From an uncultured Bacteroidia bacterium (GTDB lineage: Bacteria > Bacteroidota > Bacteroidia > Bacteroidales > UBA932), in contig CACZHP010000001.1 in the NCBI GenBank assembly GCA_902780935.1, positions 129,264 through 193,263 of the forward strand: DNA of 64,000 bases, given 5' to 3'. Below the pieces are notes generated by a model. That model saw only the letters and a list, made by a program, of their open reading frames with translations. It searched no databases and was not told where the DNA came from. Positions 1 through 10,057 of the stretch are shown here, piece after piece; positions within the stretch are counted from its first letter, which is position 1, and the number at the start of each line of letters is the position of its first letter. The translations under genes and the position numbers were made by a program.

Positions 1-1
1 G

Positions 2-2044
2 TCCGGGGTGTGGAAAGTTGAGGTTGGGAAGCCGGATAAGGTGAATCTGCTCAGCGAATTGGAGTTCACGCCCAAGATAGACGCCATCAACACCATCGAA
101 GAGGTTGATCTACCTATTGACAAGTCCGAAATAACGACGGAAGTCTTTGACGGCAAGTCATATATCCGTTTCCCGCTGGACAAGGAAGAGAAAATATATG
201 GCCTTGGTCTTAATTTCAAATCCGTACAGCAGCGGGGCAGGATAACAAGACTCCATGTGGATCATTATGGCGGCTCGGATAACGGTCGCACCCATGCCCC
301 GGTGCCGTTCTTCGTGTCCAGCAAAGGTTATGGGGTGCTGATCAACGCCGCAAGATATATTGATGTCTATGCGGGAACCTCTGTACGGAAAGACTCCAAG
401 AATCCCCCGAAGCTCCAGAACCGCAACACTGACAGGGACTGGAATCCCCAGCCATATTCCGACAATCTCGAGTTTCTGGTGCCGGCGGAAGGGGTCGAGC
501 TGGTGTTTTTCGCCGGGAAAAATATGCTCGATGTCGTAAGGAGATTCAATCTCTACAACGGCGGCGGTGTCCTTCCTCCGAAATGGGGACTTGGCTTTTG
601 GCAGAGGGTTCCGACCTTATATTCCGACAAACAAGTTGAGGAAGAGGTTAACGAGTTTAAAAAGAGGGACTTCCCGCTGTCGGTAATCGGCCTTGAGCCG
701 GGTTGGATGACAAGGTCTTATCCTTGCACCTACCAATGGGATCCGGGACGGTTCCCCTCTCCCGACTCTTTTGTCAAGAATATGTCCGACCAGGGGATAA
801 AGGTCAATCTCTGGGTTAATCCCGGAGTGGCTCCTGATAGCGACATCGCTTCGGAGATCGAGCCGTACACCGGCACGCACACCGAGTGGAACGGGATGCT
901 TCCGGACTATTCGATGGAGGAGACCAAGGAGATCATGGGACGGCATTTCGGGAAAAATGTCATCAGCAAGGGCGTCAGCGGGTTCAAGATGGACGAGAAC
1001 GACGGTTACGACTCCTGGGTCGCTCCTGATGTGGCCAAATATCCTTCTGGGATCTCCGGAGAGCAGATGCGGCAGATCTACGGCTCGCTTATGCAGAGTT
1101 TTATGACAGGACTCTACAAGGAGAAGAACGAGCGCACCTACGGCCTTGTCAGGGCCGGGAATGCCGGCACAACCTCCTATCCCTTTGTGATTTACAATGA
1201 CTATTACAACCATCGTGATTTCATCACAGCCTTGATAAACAGCTCTTTCATCGGCGTTCTATGGACACCTGAAGTCCGGGCCTCCAAAACGTCCGAAGAA
1301 TGGCTCCGGAGGATGCAGACGGTCTGTTTCTCCCCGCTCGCCATGCTCAACGCCTGGGCTGACGGGACAAAGCCTTGGTCATTTCCGGATGTCGAGCGGC
1401 AGGTGAAAGAGGTGATGAAACTTAGGATGAGCCTGATTCCATATCTCTACACCGCCTTCGCCCACTACGCCTTCGATGGGATTCCTCCTGTGAGGGCAAT
1501 GAACCTTGAGCCAGGTTTCGAGGGGGAAGCGACTTATGATCAAGGGGTTCTGGATTCCACAGACAATCCTTACAAGATGGCCCGACGTCAAGAGATGAAA
1601 GACCAGTTCATGGTAGGAGAGAGCCTTCTTGTGGCTCCTCTTTTCGCCGGGGAGACAGAGCGTGCGGTTGTTCTTCCGGAGGGGAAATGGTATGATTTCT
1701 ACACTGGACAGCTTGTCGGCGAGAGTGAGAAAATCACAGTCAAACCAGGCTTGGACAAAATTCCGGTCTTTGTCAAGGATGGGGGCATGATTCCTATGTA
1801 TGAGCCGATGACAGCGATTCCGGAAGGTCCCGCACCCGTCATTGTGCGTCATTATGGTGTCAAGGCCTCCACGTTTGAATTATACGACGACGACGGCCGA
1901 ACCTATGATTACGAGAAGGGAGCTTTCACCTGGATCAGGTTGAGCGCCGATCCGGCTAAGGGAAGCGGCAAGGCAGTTGTTCCGGAAGGCGGAAACGTCT
2001 GGTCTTTCAGCGATTACGAATTCATGTTCATGACAAAACAATAA
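2..2044 (+). CDS. GH31 family alpha-glycosidase (alpha-glucosidase/xylosidase-like), 5' end probably cut by window edge
   Basis: Frame open from the window edge; GH31 motifs PPKWGLGFWQR, GFKMDEND (nucleophile region), QFMVGESLLVAPL, LPEGKWYDFYTG, IPVFVKDGGMIP. Confidence 0.85.
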   Translation, partial: SGVWKVEVGKPDKVNLLSELEFTPKIDAINTIEEVDLPIDKSEITTEVFDGKSYIRFPLDKEEKIYGLGLNFKSVQQRGRITRLHVDHYGGSDNGRTHAPVPFFVSSKGYGVLINAARYIDVYAGTSVRKDSKNPPKLQNRNTDRDWNPQPYSDNLEFLVPAEGVELVFFAGKNMLDVVRRFNLYNGGGVLPPKWGLGFWQRVPTLYSDKQVEEEVNEFKKRDFPLSVIGLEPGWMTRSYPCTYQWDPGRFPSPDSFVKNMSDQGIKVNLWVNPGVAPDSDIASEIEPYTGTHTEWNGMLPDYSMEETKEIMGRHFGKNVISKGVSGFKMDENDGYDSWVAPDVAKYPSGISGEQMRQIYGSLMQSFMTGLYKEKNERTYGLVRAGNAGTTSYPFVIYNDYYNHRDFITALINSSFIGVLWTPEVRASKTSEEWLRRMQTVCFSPLAMLNAWADGTKPWSFPDVERQVKEVMKLRMSLIPYLYTAFAHYAFDGIPPVRAMNLEPGFEGEATYDQGVLDSTDNPYKMARRQEMKDQFMVGESLLVAPLFAGETERAVVLPEGKWYDFYTGQLVGESEKITVKPGLDKIPVFVKDGGMIPMYEPMTAIPEGPAPVIVRHYGVKASTFELYDDDGRTYDYEKGAFTWIRLSADPAKGSGKAVVPEGGNVWSFSDYEFMFMTKQ

Positions 2045-2057
2045 CATTACATTATTT

Positions 2058-3422
2058 ATGAGAAAAGTTTTTATTGCATTATGTGCGCTTCTGGCCGGTA
2101 GTCTGGCTCTTGCGCAGGACCGTGGAGACATTGTCAAGCAGGCCGACGGCTACGAGTGGCCGACAGACCCGGCGGTCCTTCAAAAGCTTGACCAGTGGCA
2201 GGACCTTAAGTTCGGAGTCCTGATGCACTGGGGTATCTATGCCACCCAGGGCATGGTCGAGTCCTGGGCCATCTGCAACGAGGAGTGGATCCGCCGTCCG
2301 GAAGGTTCTGTATATGAGGACTATAAGAAGTGGTACTGGGATCTCTCAAAGGAGTTCAACCCGGTCAAGTTCAATCCTGACCAGTGGGCGGACGTTTTCA
2401 GCAAGGCCGGAATGAAGTACATGATATTCACCACGAAGCATCATGACGGCTTCTGCATGTTCGACTCTCAGTACACCGATTTCAGCATCGCCAAAGGACC
2501 TTTCGCCAACAACCCCAAGAGGGATGTGGCCAAGCACGTTTTCGACGCTTTCCGCAAGAAGGATTTCATGATCGGAGCGTATTTCTCAAAGCCTGATTGG
2601 CACCACCATGGCTTCTGGAATCCCTATTACGCTACCCCTGACCGTCATCCCAACTACAACATCGAGAAGCGTCCCGAGTGGTGGAAGAGCTATGTCGATT
2701 TCACCCAAAACCAGCTTCTTGAGCTCACTACAGGGAAGTATGGGAAAGTCGATATCCTCTGGCTTGACGGAGGCTGGATCGAGGGAGACCAGGTCGGCCT
2801 GAACGATGTCCTTAAGAAATCCCGCGCCTACAATCCCGGAATGCTGAGCGTGGACCGTACCATCCAGGGTCCCAACGAGAACTACCAGACCCCCGAGCAG
2901 AGCATCCCCAAGGAGCAGAAAAACCATCCCTGGGAGTCCTGCATAACCTTGACTCACAGCTGGGGCTGGTCTCCAAATGTCACCTTCAAGACTTCTCGCA
3001 AGGTTATCGATATTCTCGCTGAGATCACGGCCAAAGGCGGATGCCTTGCTCTTGGTGTAGGTCCTACTCCTGAGGGACTTATTGAGGACAGGGCGATTCC
3101 TATCCTTGAGGAGATCGGCGAATGGCTTGGGCGTTGCGGCGAGGCGATATATTCAACCCGCATCACGAAGAATTACAACGACGGGGACATCTGGTTCAAC
3201 GCCTCCAAGGACGGACAGACACTCTATGCGATCTATGCTCTTAAGGATGAGGAGGTTCTGCCCACTACCCTGACTTGGAGTGGCAATCTTCCGAAGGGAG
3301 GTAAGGTCACGATCCTCAATAACGGCAAGAAGGTCAAAGCCACTGTCAAGGATGGCTTGGTGACAGTCAAGCTTCCTAAGGGCATGAAGCAGGAGCCGGT
3401 AGCCTTGAAGTTCGGGATTTAA
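2058..3422 (+). CDS. GH29 alpha-L-fucosidase, secreted
   Basis: Signal peptide; KFGVLMHWGIY, FNPVKFNPDQWA, TTKHHDGFCMFDS, LWLDGGW, WESCITL motifs. Confidence 0.93.
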   Translation: MRKVFIALCALLAGSLALAQDRGDIVKQADGYEWPTDPAVLQKLDQWQDLKFGVLMHWGIYATQGMVESWAICNEEWIRRPEGSVYEDYKKWYWDLSKEFNPVKFNPDQWADVFSKAGMKYMIFTTKHHDGFCMFDSQYTDFSIAKGPFANNPKRDVAKHVFDAFRKKDFMIGAYFSKPDWHHHGFWNPYYATPDRHPNYNIEKRPEWWKSYVDFTQNQLLELTTGKYGKVDILWLDGGWIEGDQVGLNDVLKKSRAYNPGMLSVDRTIQGPNENYQTPEQSIPKEQKNHPWESCITLTHSWGWSPNVTFKTSRKVIDILAEITAKGGCLALGVGPTPEGLIEDRAIPILEEIGEWLGRCGEAIYSTRITKNYNDGDIWFNASKDGQTLYAIYALKDEEVLPTTLTWSGNLPKGGKVTILNNGKKVKATVKDGLVTVKLPKGMKQEPVALKFGI

Positions 3423-3426
3423 TAAG

Positions 3427-5421
3427 CTATTTCGAGATTTTAGCTGCCCAGCCTCCTCCTGGGGCCATCTTGACAGTGATTTTGCCTCCGGCAGGGAGAG
3501 CGGTCTCGACTTTTTTGTAGTCTTCCGCCATTTTGGTCGCGTTGACTCCATCCTGGAAAACGGTCATTTTTCCGCCTCCGGTGAAAGAGAGATCGAGTTC
3601 AAGCTCCCGCTCGTCCCAATTCGTCAAGGCTCCCACGAACCAGTCGCCGCCCTTCCTTCGGGCTATAGCGATGTATTCACCGACCTTTCCTTTCAAGGGA
3701 ATGGTCTCGTCCCATGTCGTCGGAATCCCCGCGATAAACTCTGTGCATTCCGGTTCTTTATAATATCTGGAAGGAGAGTCACAAAGCATAACCAAGGGTG
3801 ACTCAAATACCACATATTCAGCGATCTGGCGGCATCTGGTGCCTTGGCTCACAGGGTTTGAGTTGTCGGAATATGAGTTGCCTTTCGTCCTGTTGATCAT
3901 GGCGCCTTGGGTGTAGTCCATCCTTCCGGCCGCCATGCGGATGAAAGGCACAGTCACATCGTAAAGGACTTGGTCATATTCATCGGCTCCCCATTTCATC
4001 TGCTCAAGCCCATAGACTCCTTCGTAATTTATGACATTCGGATAGGTCCTCTCAAGACCCGAGGGTTTGAATACTCCGTGGAAGTCAATGAGCAAGTGGT
4101 ACTTAGCCGCGGATTTGGCGATATTCTCCAAGAACTCCACCATCATCTGGTCGTCCCTGTCGAAGAAATCGACTTTAAAGCCTTTAATCCCCATTTTCGA
4201 ATAATGCTCGAAAACCTTCTCATAATCATTGGCCATCGCGGTGTAGCCGGCCCAAAGAATAAGTCCCACGTTTCTTTCCTCTCCGTACCGGGCGAGCTCT
4301 TCCATGTCAACCTGGGGAATCACCTCCATCGGGTCGTTTTTCTTCCCGTCATACCACCCGGCGTCCATCAGGACGTATTCAAGTCCGAATTTTGCCGCGA
4401 AATCTATGAAATACTTGTAGGTGACCGTGTTGACTCCGGATTTGAAGTCAACCCCGTAGATGTTCCAGTTAGACCACCATTCCCAAGCCGCGTGGCCTGG
4501 TTTGACCCAGCTCCAGTCTGTTCCAGGGTCGGCGGGTTTAGCCAGCTGCCACGTGAGGTCTGAATTCGGGAGATCTTTGTCGTCGTCAAATATTCCTAAT
4601 ATCCTCCAGGGGAAAGACTTGCCTGCCTCGGCTTTGGCGATATATTCCTCCCTCTCCTTTACTATTCCCTGTACACCTTCCGGCACGACGGTTTTAGGAT
4701 AAGGAGCATTCACTCCTTTGAGGGAGTGCCCTCCTCCAGGGAACAGGAACAGCCCAGGATAGCCTCTCAGGTCTGATTCCGTGATAAGCACTTTGACACC
4801 GTCTCCCGCATCAACCAGCACCGGGAGAAAGGCGATCTTCTTGTCGCTCCACTCGGAAAGTTTCTGGATGTCATAAAAGTGCTCGAAAGAGTTTCTGAAT
4901 TGCCTTTCGATGGTTTGTTTGTCCGCCCCGATAGGGTAAGGAGCCCAGGAATTCCAGTTTTCCGGGAATTTAAGCTCCATTTTTTCTGAGGAAATATTGA
5001 ACGCGCCTTTTTTGGCAGTGGACACGAAGCGGTAAGTCACGGCGTTGTCGTAGGCCCGGAACTCTATGTCACAGTTCTTGAAGCTAAGTGTGAGATAGTT
5101 GTAAATGTTATCGACCTTTGCCTTGGTGTAAGCTACAGCGGGGAGTCCCCTTTCTTCAACCTTTCCAGTTTTCACTCCTTTCACTTTGCCTTCACCAAAG
5201 ACCTCTCCGCTTTCGAGCGTCATGGAGATCTCTGAAGGGGAAAGAATGGTTTTTCCGCTGAAAGTGACTGAGTACGAAGTCTTTCCGTTAGAGGAAATCT
5301 CCGCCTTTATCCTCCCGTCCGGAGAAATGAGGGTCCAAGCGGTCTTGGCGGCAAACGAGGAGGCTGATAAGATCAGGGCCGCGGAGGCGGCAATCATAAC
5401 ACTAAGAAGTTGTTTTCTCAT
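3427..5421 (-). CDS. GH97 glycoside hydrolase (retaining, alpha-galactosidase-like subfamily), copy 1
   Basis: Signal peptide; WVKPGHAAWEWW, YKYFIDFAA, GFKVDF (Asp nucleophile type), NYEGVYGLE, MDYTQG; ATG at 5421 with an in-frame GTG at 5424. Confidence 0.92.
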   Translation of the reverse strand: MRKQLLSVMIAASAALILSASSFAAKTAWTLISPDGRIKAEISSNGKTSYSVTFSGKTILSPSEISMTLESGEVFGEGKVKGVKTGKVEERGLPAVAYTKAKVDNIYNYLTLSFKNCDIEFRAYDNAVTYRFVSTAKKGAFNISSEKMELKFPENWNSWAPYPIGADKQTIERQFRNSFEHFYDIQKLSEWSDKKIAFLPVLVDAGDGVKVLITESDLRGYPGLFLFPGGGHSLKGVNAPYPKTVVPEGVQGIVKEREEYIAKAEAGKSFPWRILGIFDDDKDLPNSDLTWQLAKPADPGTDWSWVKPGHAAWEWWSNWNIYGVDFKSGVNTVTYKYFIDFAAKFGLEYVLMDAGWYDGKKNDPMEVIPQVDMEELARYGEERNVGLILWAGYTAMANDYEKVFEHYSKMGIKGFKVDFFDRDDQMMVEFLENIAKSAAKYHLLIDFHGVFKPSGLERTYPNVINYEGVYGLEQMKWGADEYDQVLYDVTVPFIRMAAGRMDYTQGAMINRTKGNSYSDNSNPVSQGTRCRQIAEYVVFESPLVMLCDSPSRYYKEPECTEFIAGIPTTWDETIPLKGKVGEYIAIARRKGGDWFVGALTNWDERELELDLSFTGGGKMTVFQDGVNATKMAEDYKKVETALPAGGKITVKMAPGGGWAAKISK

Positions 5422-5511
5422 CACGAATAATAATTCAGGTTCTTTAAAGATAGGGATATTTTATTCAACATCATAATTACACGGTCGAAAGTCTTATTAA
5501 AGGAAAATTAG

Positions 5512-5519
5512 TAACTTTG
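5512..5519 (+). promoter_or_regulatory. Bacteroidota housekeeping promoter -7 box (TAACTTTG)
   Basis: Exact TAnnTTTG match 36 nt upstream of the lactonase ATG in a divergent intergenic region. Confidence 0.6.
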
Positions 5520-5554
5520 GACTACTACGGGGATTAGATCACAGAGATGAGACC

Positions 5555-6637
5555 ATGAAAAAGATTTTGTTATTGATTATTTCCGCTATCTCACTCATTG
5601 GTTGCGGGAATAAATCGGACAATTTGACGCTGTTAGTAGGTACTTACACCGACACGGACAGCAAGGGAATATACACTTACAAGTTTGACCAGACTTCCGG
5701 AGATAGCTCTCCGCTCGACATTACGGACGTTCCTAACCCTTCGTTCCTGGCCGTGACACCGGACAATAAGACGGTATATACTGTCACGGAGCAGCAGGCG
5801 GCATCCGCAGTGTCGGCTTTTGATTTTGATGCCGCAAAAGGAACGCTCACCTTTAGGAACAAGCGGTTGACTCACGGCAGTGACGCCTGTCATGTAACTT
5901 TTGTCGGGAAAGACGTTGTCGCCACAAACTATTCCTCCGGAAGTATGACGGTATTTCCTCTGGATGATAAGGGAAATCTTGAGGAGGGAACCTTGGTGGA
6001 GTTCTTCGAGAGCGGCCCCGACACAGTCCGCCAGGCCGGATCCCATATCCATTCTTCGCAGGTCTCGCCAGACGGGAAATACCTGTTTGTCATAGACTTG
6101 GGAGGTGATTACATTTATCGCTATCCAGTAGTTGACGGAAAAGTTACCAGTTTCGAACCGGTTAAGATCAAGGTTCCTGCCGGTGAGGGTCCCCGCCATT
6201 TCACCTACTCCAACGACGGGCGTTTCATGTATGTCATCACCGAGCTTGAGGGTAATGTCATCGTGTATGATTACAATGGAGGTGATCTCAAGCTGATTCA
6301 GAAGATTGAGGCGGATCCGCTACATGCGAGGGGAAGCGCGGACATCCATTTCTCTCCAGACGGGAAGTTCCTTTATGCGAGTAACCGCCTGAAAGGCGAC
6401 GGGTTGGCGATATTCAGCCAGGATCCGGCCACCGGCCTTTTGACTTATGTTGGATATCAAAACACGGGAGTCCATCCTCGTAACTTCGCTATCACGCCTA
6501 ATGGGCTGTTTGTTTTGGTGGCTTGCCGTGACAGCGACGCGGTCCAAGTGTTCCGTCGTGATCCTAAGACGGGCCTGTTGACAGACACCGGGAAAGACAT
6601 AAAGATCCCTCATCCTGTTTGCGTCCTGACTATTTGA
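5555..6637 (+). CDS. Lactonase family beta-propeller lipoprotein (6-phosphogluconolactonase/cycloisomerase-like)
   Basis: Lipobox LIGC; LLVGTYT, NPSFLAV, SHIHSSQVSPDGK, GEGPRHF, ADIHFSPDGKFLYASNR, HPRNFAITP. Confidence 0.9.
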   Translation: MKKILLLIISAISLIGCGNKSDNLTLLVGTYTDTDSKGIYTYKFDQTSGDSSPLDITDVPNPSFLAVTPDNKTVYTVTEQQAASAVSAFDFDAAKGTLTFRNKRLTHGSDACHVTFVGKDVVATNYSSGSMTVFPLDDKGNLEEGTLVEFFESGPDTVRQAGSHIHSSQVSPDGKYLFVIDLGGDYIYRYPVVDGKVTSFEPVKIKVPAGEGPRHFTYSNDGRFMYVITELEGNVIVYDYNGGDLKLIQKIEADPLHARGSADIHFSPDGKFLYASNRLKGDGLAIFSQDPATGLLTYVGYQNTGVHPRNFAITPNGLFVLVACRDSDAVQVFRRDPKTGLLTDTGKDIKIPHPVCVLTI

Positions 6638-6648
6638 GTTTTAAGAAT

Positions 6649-8868
6649 ATGAAAAGGTCTTTTTTGCTGCTCACCTGCATTGTTACGGGATGTTTATGCG
6701 GCTGCTCAAAGCTGGAGGTTCAGCCCTCGGAGAGCGACTTGGTGTTCAACGATTTAGCCTCTGTATGGGACGAGGCGATGCCGCTTGGGAACGCTTCCGT
6801 CGGGGAACTGGTCTGGCAGAAAGGTGACAATCTGCGCCTTTCCCTTGACAGGATTGATCTCTGGGATATGCGGCCGATCGAGGCGTTCAAAGGCGAGGAT
6901 TATACTTTCGAATGGGTGAAGAACCAGGTCCGGAAAGGGGATTACGATCCCGTGGTGGACAAGTTCGAGAAGAAGGCTTATCTCGCCGCCCCGTCCAAAA
7001 TCCCGGGAGCGGCGTTGGAGATCGACATATCTTCCTGGGGCCCGGTCAAGGAGAACAGGTTATACCTGGATAACGCCCTATGCGAGGTGCTTTGGGAGAA
7101 TGGAGCCTCAATGAAGACTTTTGTCCAGGCCGATGGTGACGTGGGCTGGATGGTTTTTGAAAATGTTCCTGAATCGTTTGACATTCAATTGGTTCCTCCT
7201 GAATATCAAGTCAAGGGAGCCGAAGAGGCCGGACTCGGAAGCTCTTCGCTTGCTCTCCTTGGTTATCCTCAGGGAGAGGTTAAGCGGGAGGGCAACCGCG
7301 TTACCTATCACCAGCAAGGCTGGAAAGACTATTTCTACGATGTCGCCGTCGATTGGAAACGTGCTGGCGGCAAAGTGATCGCTGTATGGAGCGTCACCTC
7401 TTCCATTTCCGGTAAAAAAGCCGCGTCGGAGGTCGACAAGGCATTGGCCGAGGGTCCTAAAAAGGCTTATAAGCGTCACATGGGCTACTGGGAGCCTTAT
7501 TGGGAAGGATCTTCCGTGAATGTCCCTGACGCGACCATCCAACATCAGTACGACAGGGAGATGTACAAGTTCGGCTCAGCCACCAGGAAGGACTCCTATC
7601 CAATCTCATTGCAATCTGTCTGGACAGCGGACGATGGTTTCCTGCCGCCATGGAAGGGCGATTACCACAACGACCTCAACACCCAGCTGAGTTATTGGCC
7701 AGCTTATATCGGCAACCATCTTGATGAGGGCCTGGGCTATCTGAACACGCTTTGGAACCAGGTCGGCAAGTACAAGGAATTCACTAAAAAGTTCTTCGGG
7801 AAAGAGGGACTTGCCGCTCCGGGCTATTGTACCCTTGAGGGTGATGCGATGTCTGGATGGGTCCAGTACGGCTTCTCCCCCACAACCTCCGCCTGGCTTG
7901 GGCAGCACTTTTATCTCCATTGGAAGTATTCCGCTGACAATGAGTTCCTTAAGGAGAGGGCATATCCGTTCTTGAGGGATGTCGCCTTGTTCCTGGAGCA
8001 GGAGACGGAAGTCAAGCCGGACGGCACGAGGACTTTTGAATACAGCTCCAGCCCTGAGATCAACGACAACAGGATAGACGCGTTCTTCCCTGTGATCACC
8101 AACTATGACCTGGCGCTGACCAAGTTCGCCTTCACGGCGGCGGCAGAGATGGCCGACTCGCTCGGATTGGTTGATGATTCCGCCCGCTGGAAGAAAGACG
8201 GTGGCCAGCTGCCTTATTACGCCATCGACGAGGACGGGGGTCTCTCGATCGCCCCAGGGAAGTCTTATGACTTGTCCCACAGGCATTTCTCCCATGCGAT
8301 GGCGATCCATCCGCTTGGCCTTCTGGACATTCATAACGGACCAAAGGAAAAGACTATAATCGATGCCACCCTGGAAAGACTCCATGCGAACGGACCCGAC
8401 TGGTGGTGCGGATATTCCTATTCCTGGCTCGCTAATATGGAGGCCAGGGCGGCGCATGGGGAAGAAGCCGCCGAGGCACTAAGGACCTTCGCTGAATGCT
8501 TTGTTCTCCGTAACTCCTTCCACGCCAACGGTGACCAGACCAAGAGCGGTAAATCCCAATTCACATACAGGCCGTTCACGCTCGAGGGCAACTTCGCCTA
8601 CGCGTCCGGTCTCCAGGAGATGTTGCTTCAGAGCCAGAGCGGTGTGATCGAGGTGTTCCCAGCGATCCCGAAGGATTGGAAGAATGTGAGTTTCAACCGC
8701 TTGAGGGCTATGGGAGCCTTCATTGTCTCGGCTGAGTTGAAGGACGGTAAGGTGGTCTCGCTTAATGTCTATTCCGAGAAAGGTGGGACTTTGAAGATAT
8801 TATCTCCTATTGACGGAACTGTCATTACCCGACAGACCCGTCCCGGCGAGACAGTGAGGATTATTTGA
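6649..8868 (+). CDS. GH95-like alpha-L-fucosidase / (alpha/alpha)6-barrel glycosidase
   Basis: ATG at 6649 with lipoprotein-like signal; WDEAMPLGN, WKGDYHNDLNTQLSYW, SSSPE, HRHFSHAMAIHP, FTLEGNF, EMLLQS. Confidence 0.85.
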   Translation: MKRSFLLLTCIVTGCLCGCSKLEVQPSESDLVFNDLASVWDEAMPLGNASVGELVWQKGDNLRLSLDRIDLWDMRPIEAFKGEDYTFEWVKNQVRKGDYDPVVDKFEKKAYLAAPSKIPGAALEIDISSWGPVKENRLYLDNALCEVLWENGASMKTFVQADGDVGWMVFENVPESFDIQLVPPEYQVKGAEEAGLGSSSLALLGYPQGEVKREGNRVTYHQQGWKDYFYDVAVDWKRAGGKVIAVWSVTSSISGKKAASEVDKALAEGPKKAYKRHMGYWEPYWEGSSVNVPDATIQHQYDREMYKFGSATRKDSYPISLQSVWTADDGFLPPWKGDYHNDLNTQLSYWPAYIGNHLDEGLGYLNTLWNQVGKYKEFTKKFFGKEGLAAPGYCTLEGDAMSGWVQYGFSPTTSAWLGQHFYLHWKYSADNEFLKERAYPFLRDVALFLEQETEVKPDGTRTFEYSSSPEINDNRIDAFFPVITNYDLALTKFAFTAAAEMADSLGLVDDSARWKKDGGQLPYYAIDEDGGLSIAPGKSYDLSHRHFSHAMAIHPLGLLDIHNGPKEKTIIDATLERLHANGPDWWCGYSYSWLANMEARAAHGEEAAEALRTFAECFVLRNSFHANGDQTKSGKSQFTYRPFTLEGNFAYASGLQEMLLQSQSGVIEVFPAIPKDWKNVSFNRLRAMGAFIVSAELKDGKVVSLNVYSEKGGTLKILSPIDGTVITRQTRPGETVRII

Positions 8869-9034
8869 CTACCATAGAAAAAATATTTCTGTTTATTTAA
8901 CACTGTTTTTCTGTTTCTTGTCGTTTTTTCTGTTTTGACAAGGTATCTTAGCCGAAACTTCTAAACGAAAAGAATTGATGTCAAGACTGGGGAGCTGATG
9001 ACCGAGCTGAACCGTGATGCGGTTTACTATGTTC

Positions 9035-10051
9035 TTATTCAAACCTGACTTTGCAGACGGAGAGGTAGTAGGTGGCGTTGAGGGATTCCTTGCCCTGGTA
9101 GAATAGGTACACCTGGCCGTCGTCATCCTGGAATACTCCGGGGTGACCGCTCTCGAAAGCGTTCCACGCACCCTCAGGGCCGTGCCTGAAGAACAATCCG
9201 TCCGGAGCTATCCTCTCGTAGTGGTACCCGTCAGTCGAGGTGGCCAGACCGATCTGCTGGCCCTCGTGATTATATGCACCGGCGTAGAACATGTACCAGA
9301 CGCCTTTGTGTTTCACCACTGTAGGAGCCTCGGTACAGCTCATTTCCCAGGGATATTCAGGCTTCATCAAAGGTCCATCGACAGAAAGCAGGGTCCATTT
9401 ATCCGGGCCATAATCACTTCCGTAAGGAGCCTCGGCCATTCCCATGATCTGGTAGGTCGCGGTAGTGTCCCTGGTCGCGAAAAGAAGGATCAACTTGTCC
9501 TTCACCTTGTAAACCTCAGCGTCGATAGAACGCTTGATCGACCATTTCGTCTCAGGGACTATAATCGGCCTGTCGCAGGTGTTGGTGAAGGTGATTCCGT
9601 CCTCGCTTGTGGCATGCCAGATATTTGCGATACCGTCAGTCTCTTCCCAGGCCATCTGGTAGAACATGTGGATCTTGCCGTCAAGCTTGCGCACACAAGG
9701 GGCTACGGCACCATGGAGAGGGTTTCCCTTAGTGTCCCTAAGATCCATATCCCCAACTCTTTCCCAATTCACGAGGTCTGTGCTGCGGGCTATGGCGGCA
9801 TGCCAGTCATTGAACTTCGGCGGCTTGCTATTGTCCTGCGGAGTCGGGTCAAACGGCATCAGGGAGTAATACATAAAGTACTGGTTTCCGTGATGGATGA
9901 CCGTAGGATCCTTGGCGAAAGGATAATCATGAACCTTGGAATTGTCGCCATATTGCATCGGAAGCGGTTCCAGAACCACTTTCATTGGTTTGGGCGCACA
10001 GGAGGAAAGGCAAAGCGCCGTCGCCAGCGCGAAAAGTGAAAAGGCTCTCAT
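9035..10051 (-). CDS. GH43-like five-bladed beta-propeller glycosidase, lipoprotein
   Basis: Lipobox LSSC; three catalytic-type acids in AKDPTV, SIDAEV, CTEAPTV; SGHPGVF. Confidence 0.8.
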   Translation of the reverse strand: MRAFSLFALATALCLSSCAPKPMKVVLEPLPMQYGDNSKVHDYPFAKDPTVIHHGNQYFMYYSLMPFDPTPQDNSKPPKFNDWHAAIARSTDLVNWERVGDMDLRDTKGNPLHGAVAPCVRKLDGKIHMFYQMAWEETDGIANIWHATSEDGITFTNTCDRPIIVPETKWSIKRSIDAEVYKVKDKLILLFATRDTTATYQIMGMAEAPYGSDYGPDKWTLLSVDGPLMKPEYPWEMSCTEAPTVVKHKGVWYMFYAGAYNHEGQQIGLATSTDGYHYERIAPDGLFFRHGPEGAWNAFESGHPGVFQDDDGQVYLFYQGKESLNATYYLSVCKVRFE

Positions 10052-10057
10052 CGTCTG

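Noticed and set aside
8965-9051. Short frame KRIDVKTGELMTELNRDAVYYVL faintly recalling an L-arabinose isomerase C-terminus
   Set aside because: Under 30 codons, no start codon in a sensible position, and the similarity is too weak to support by eye
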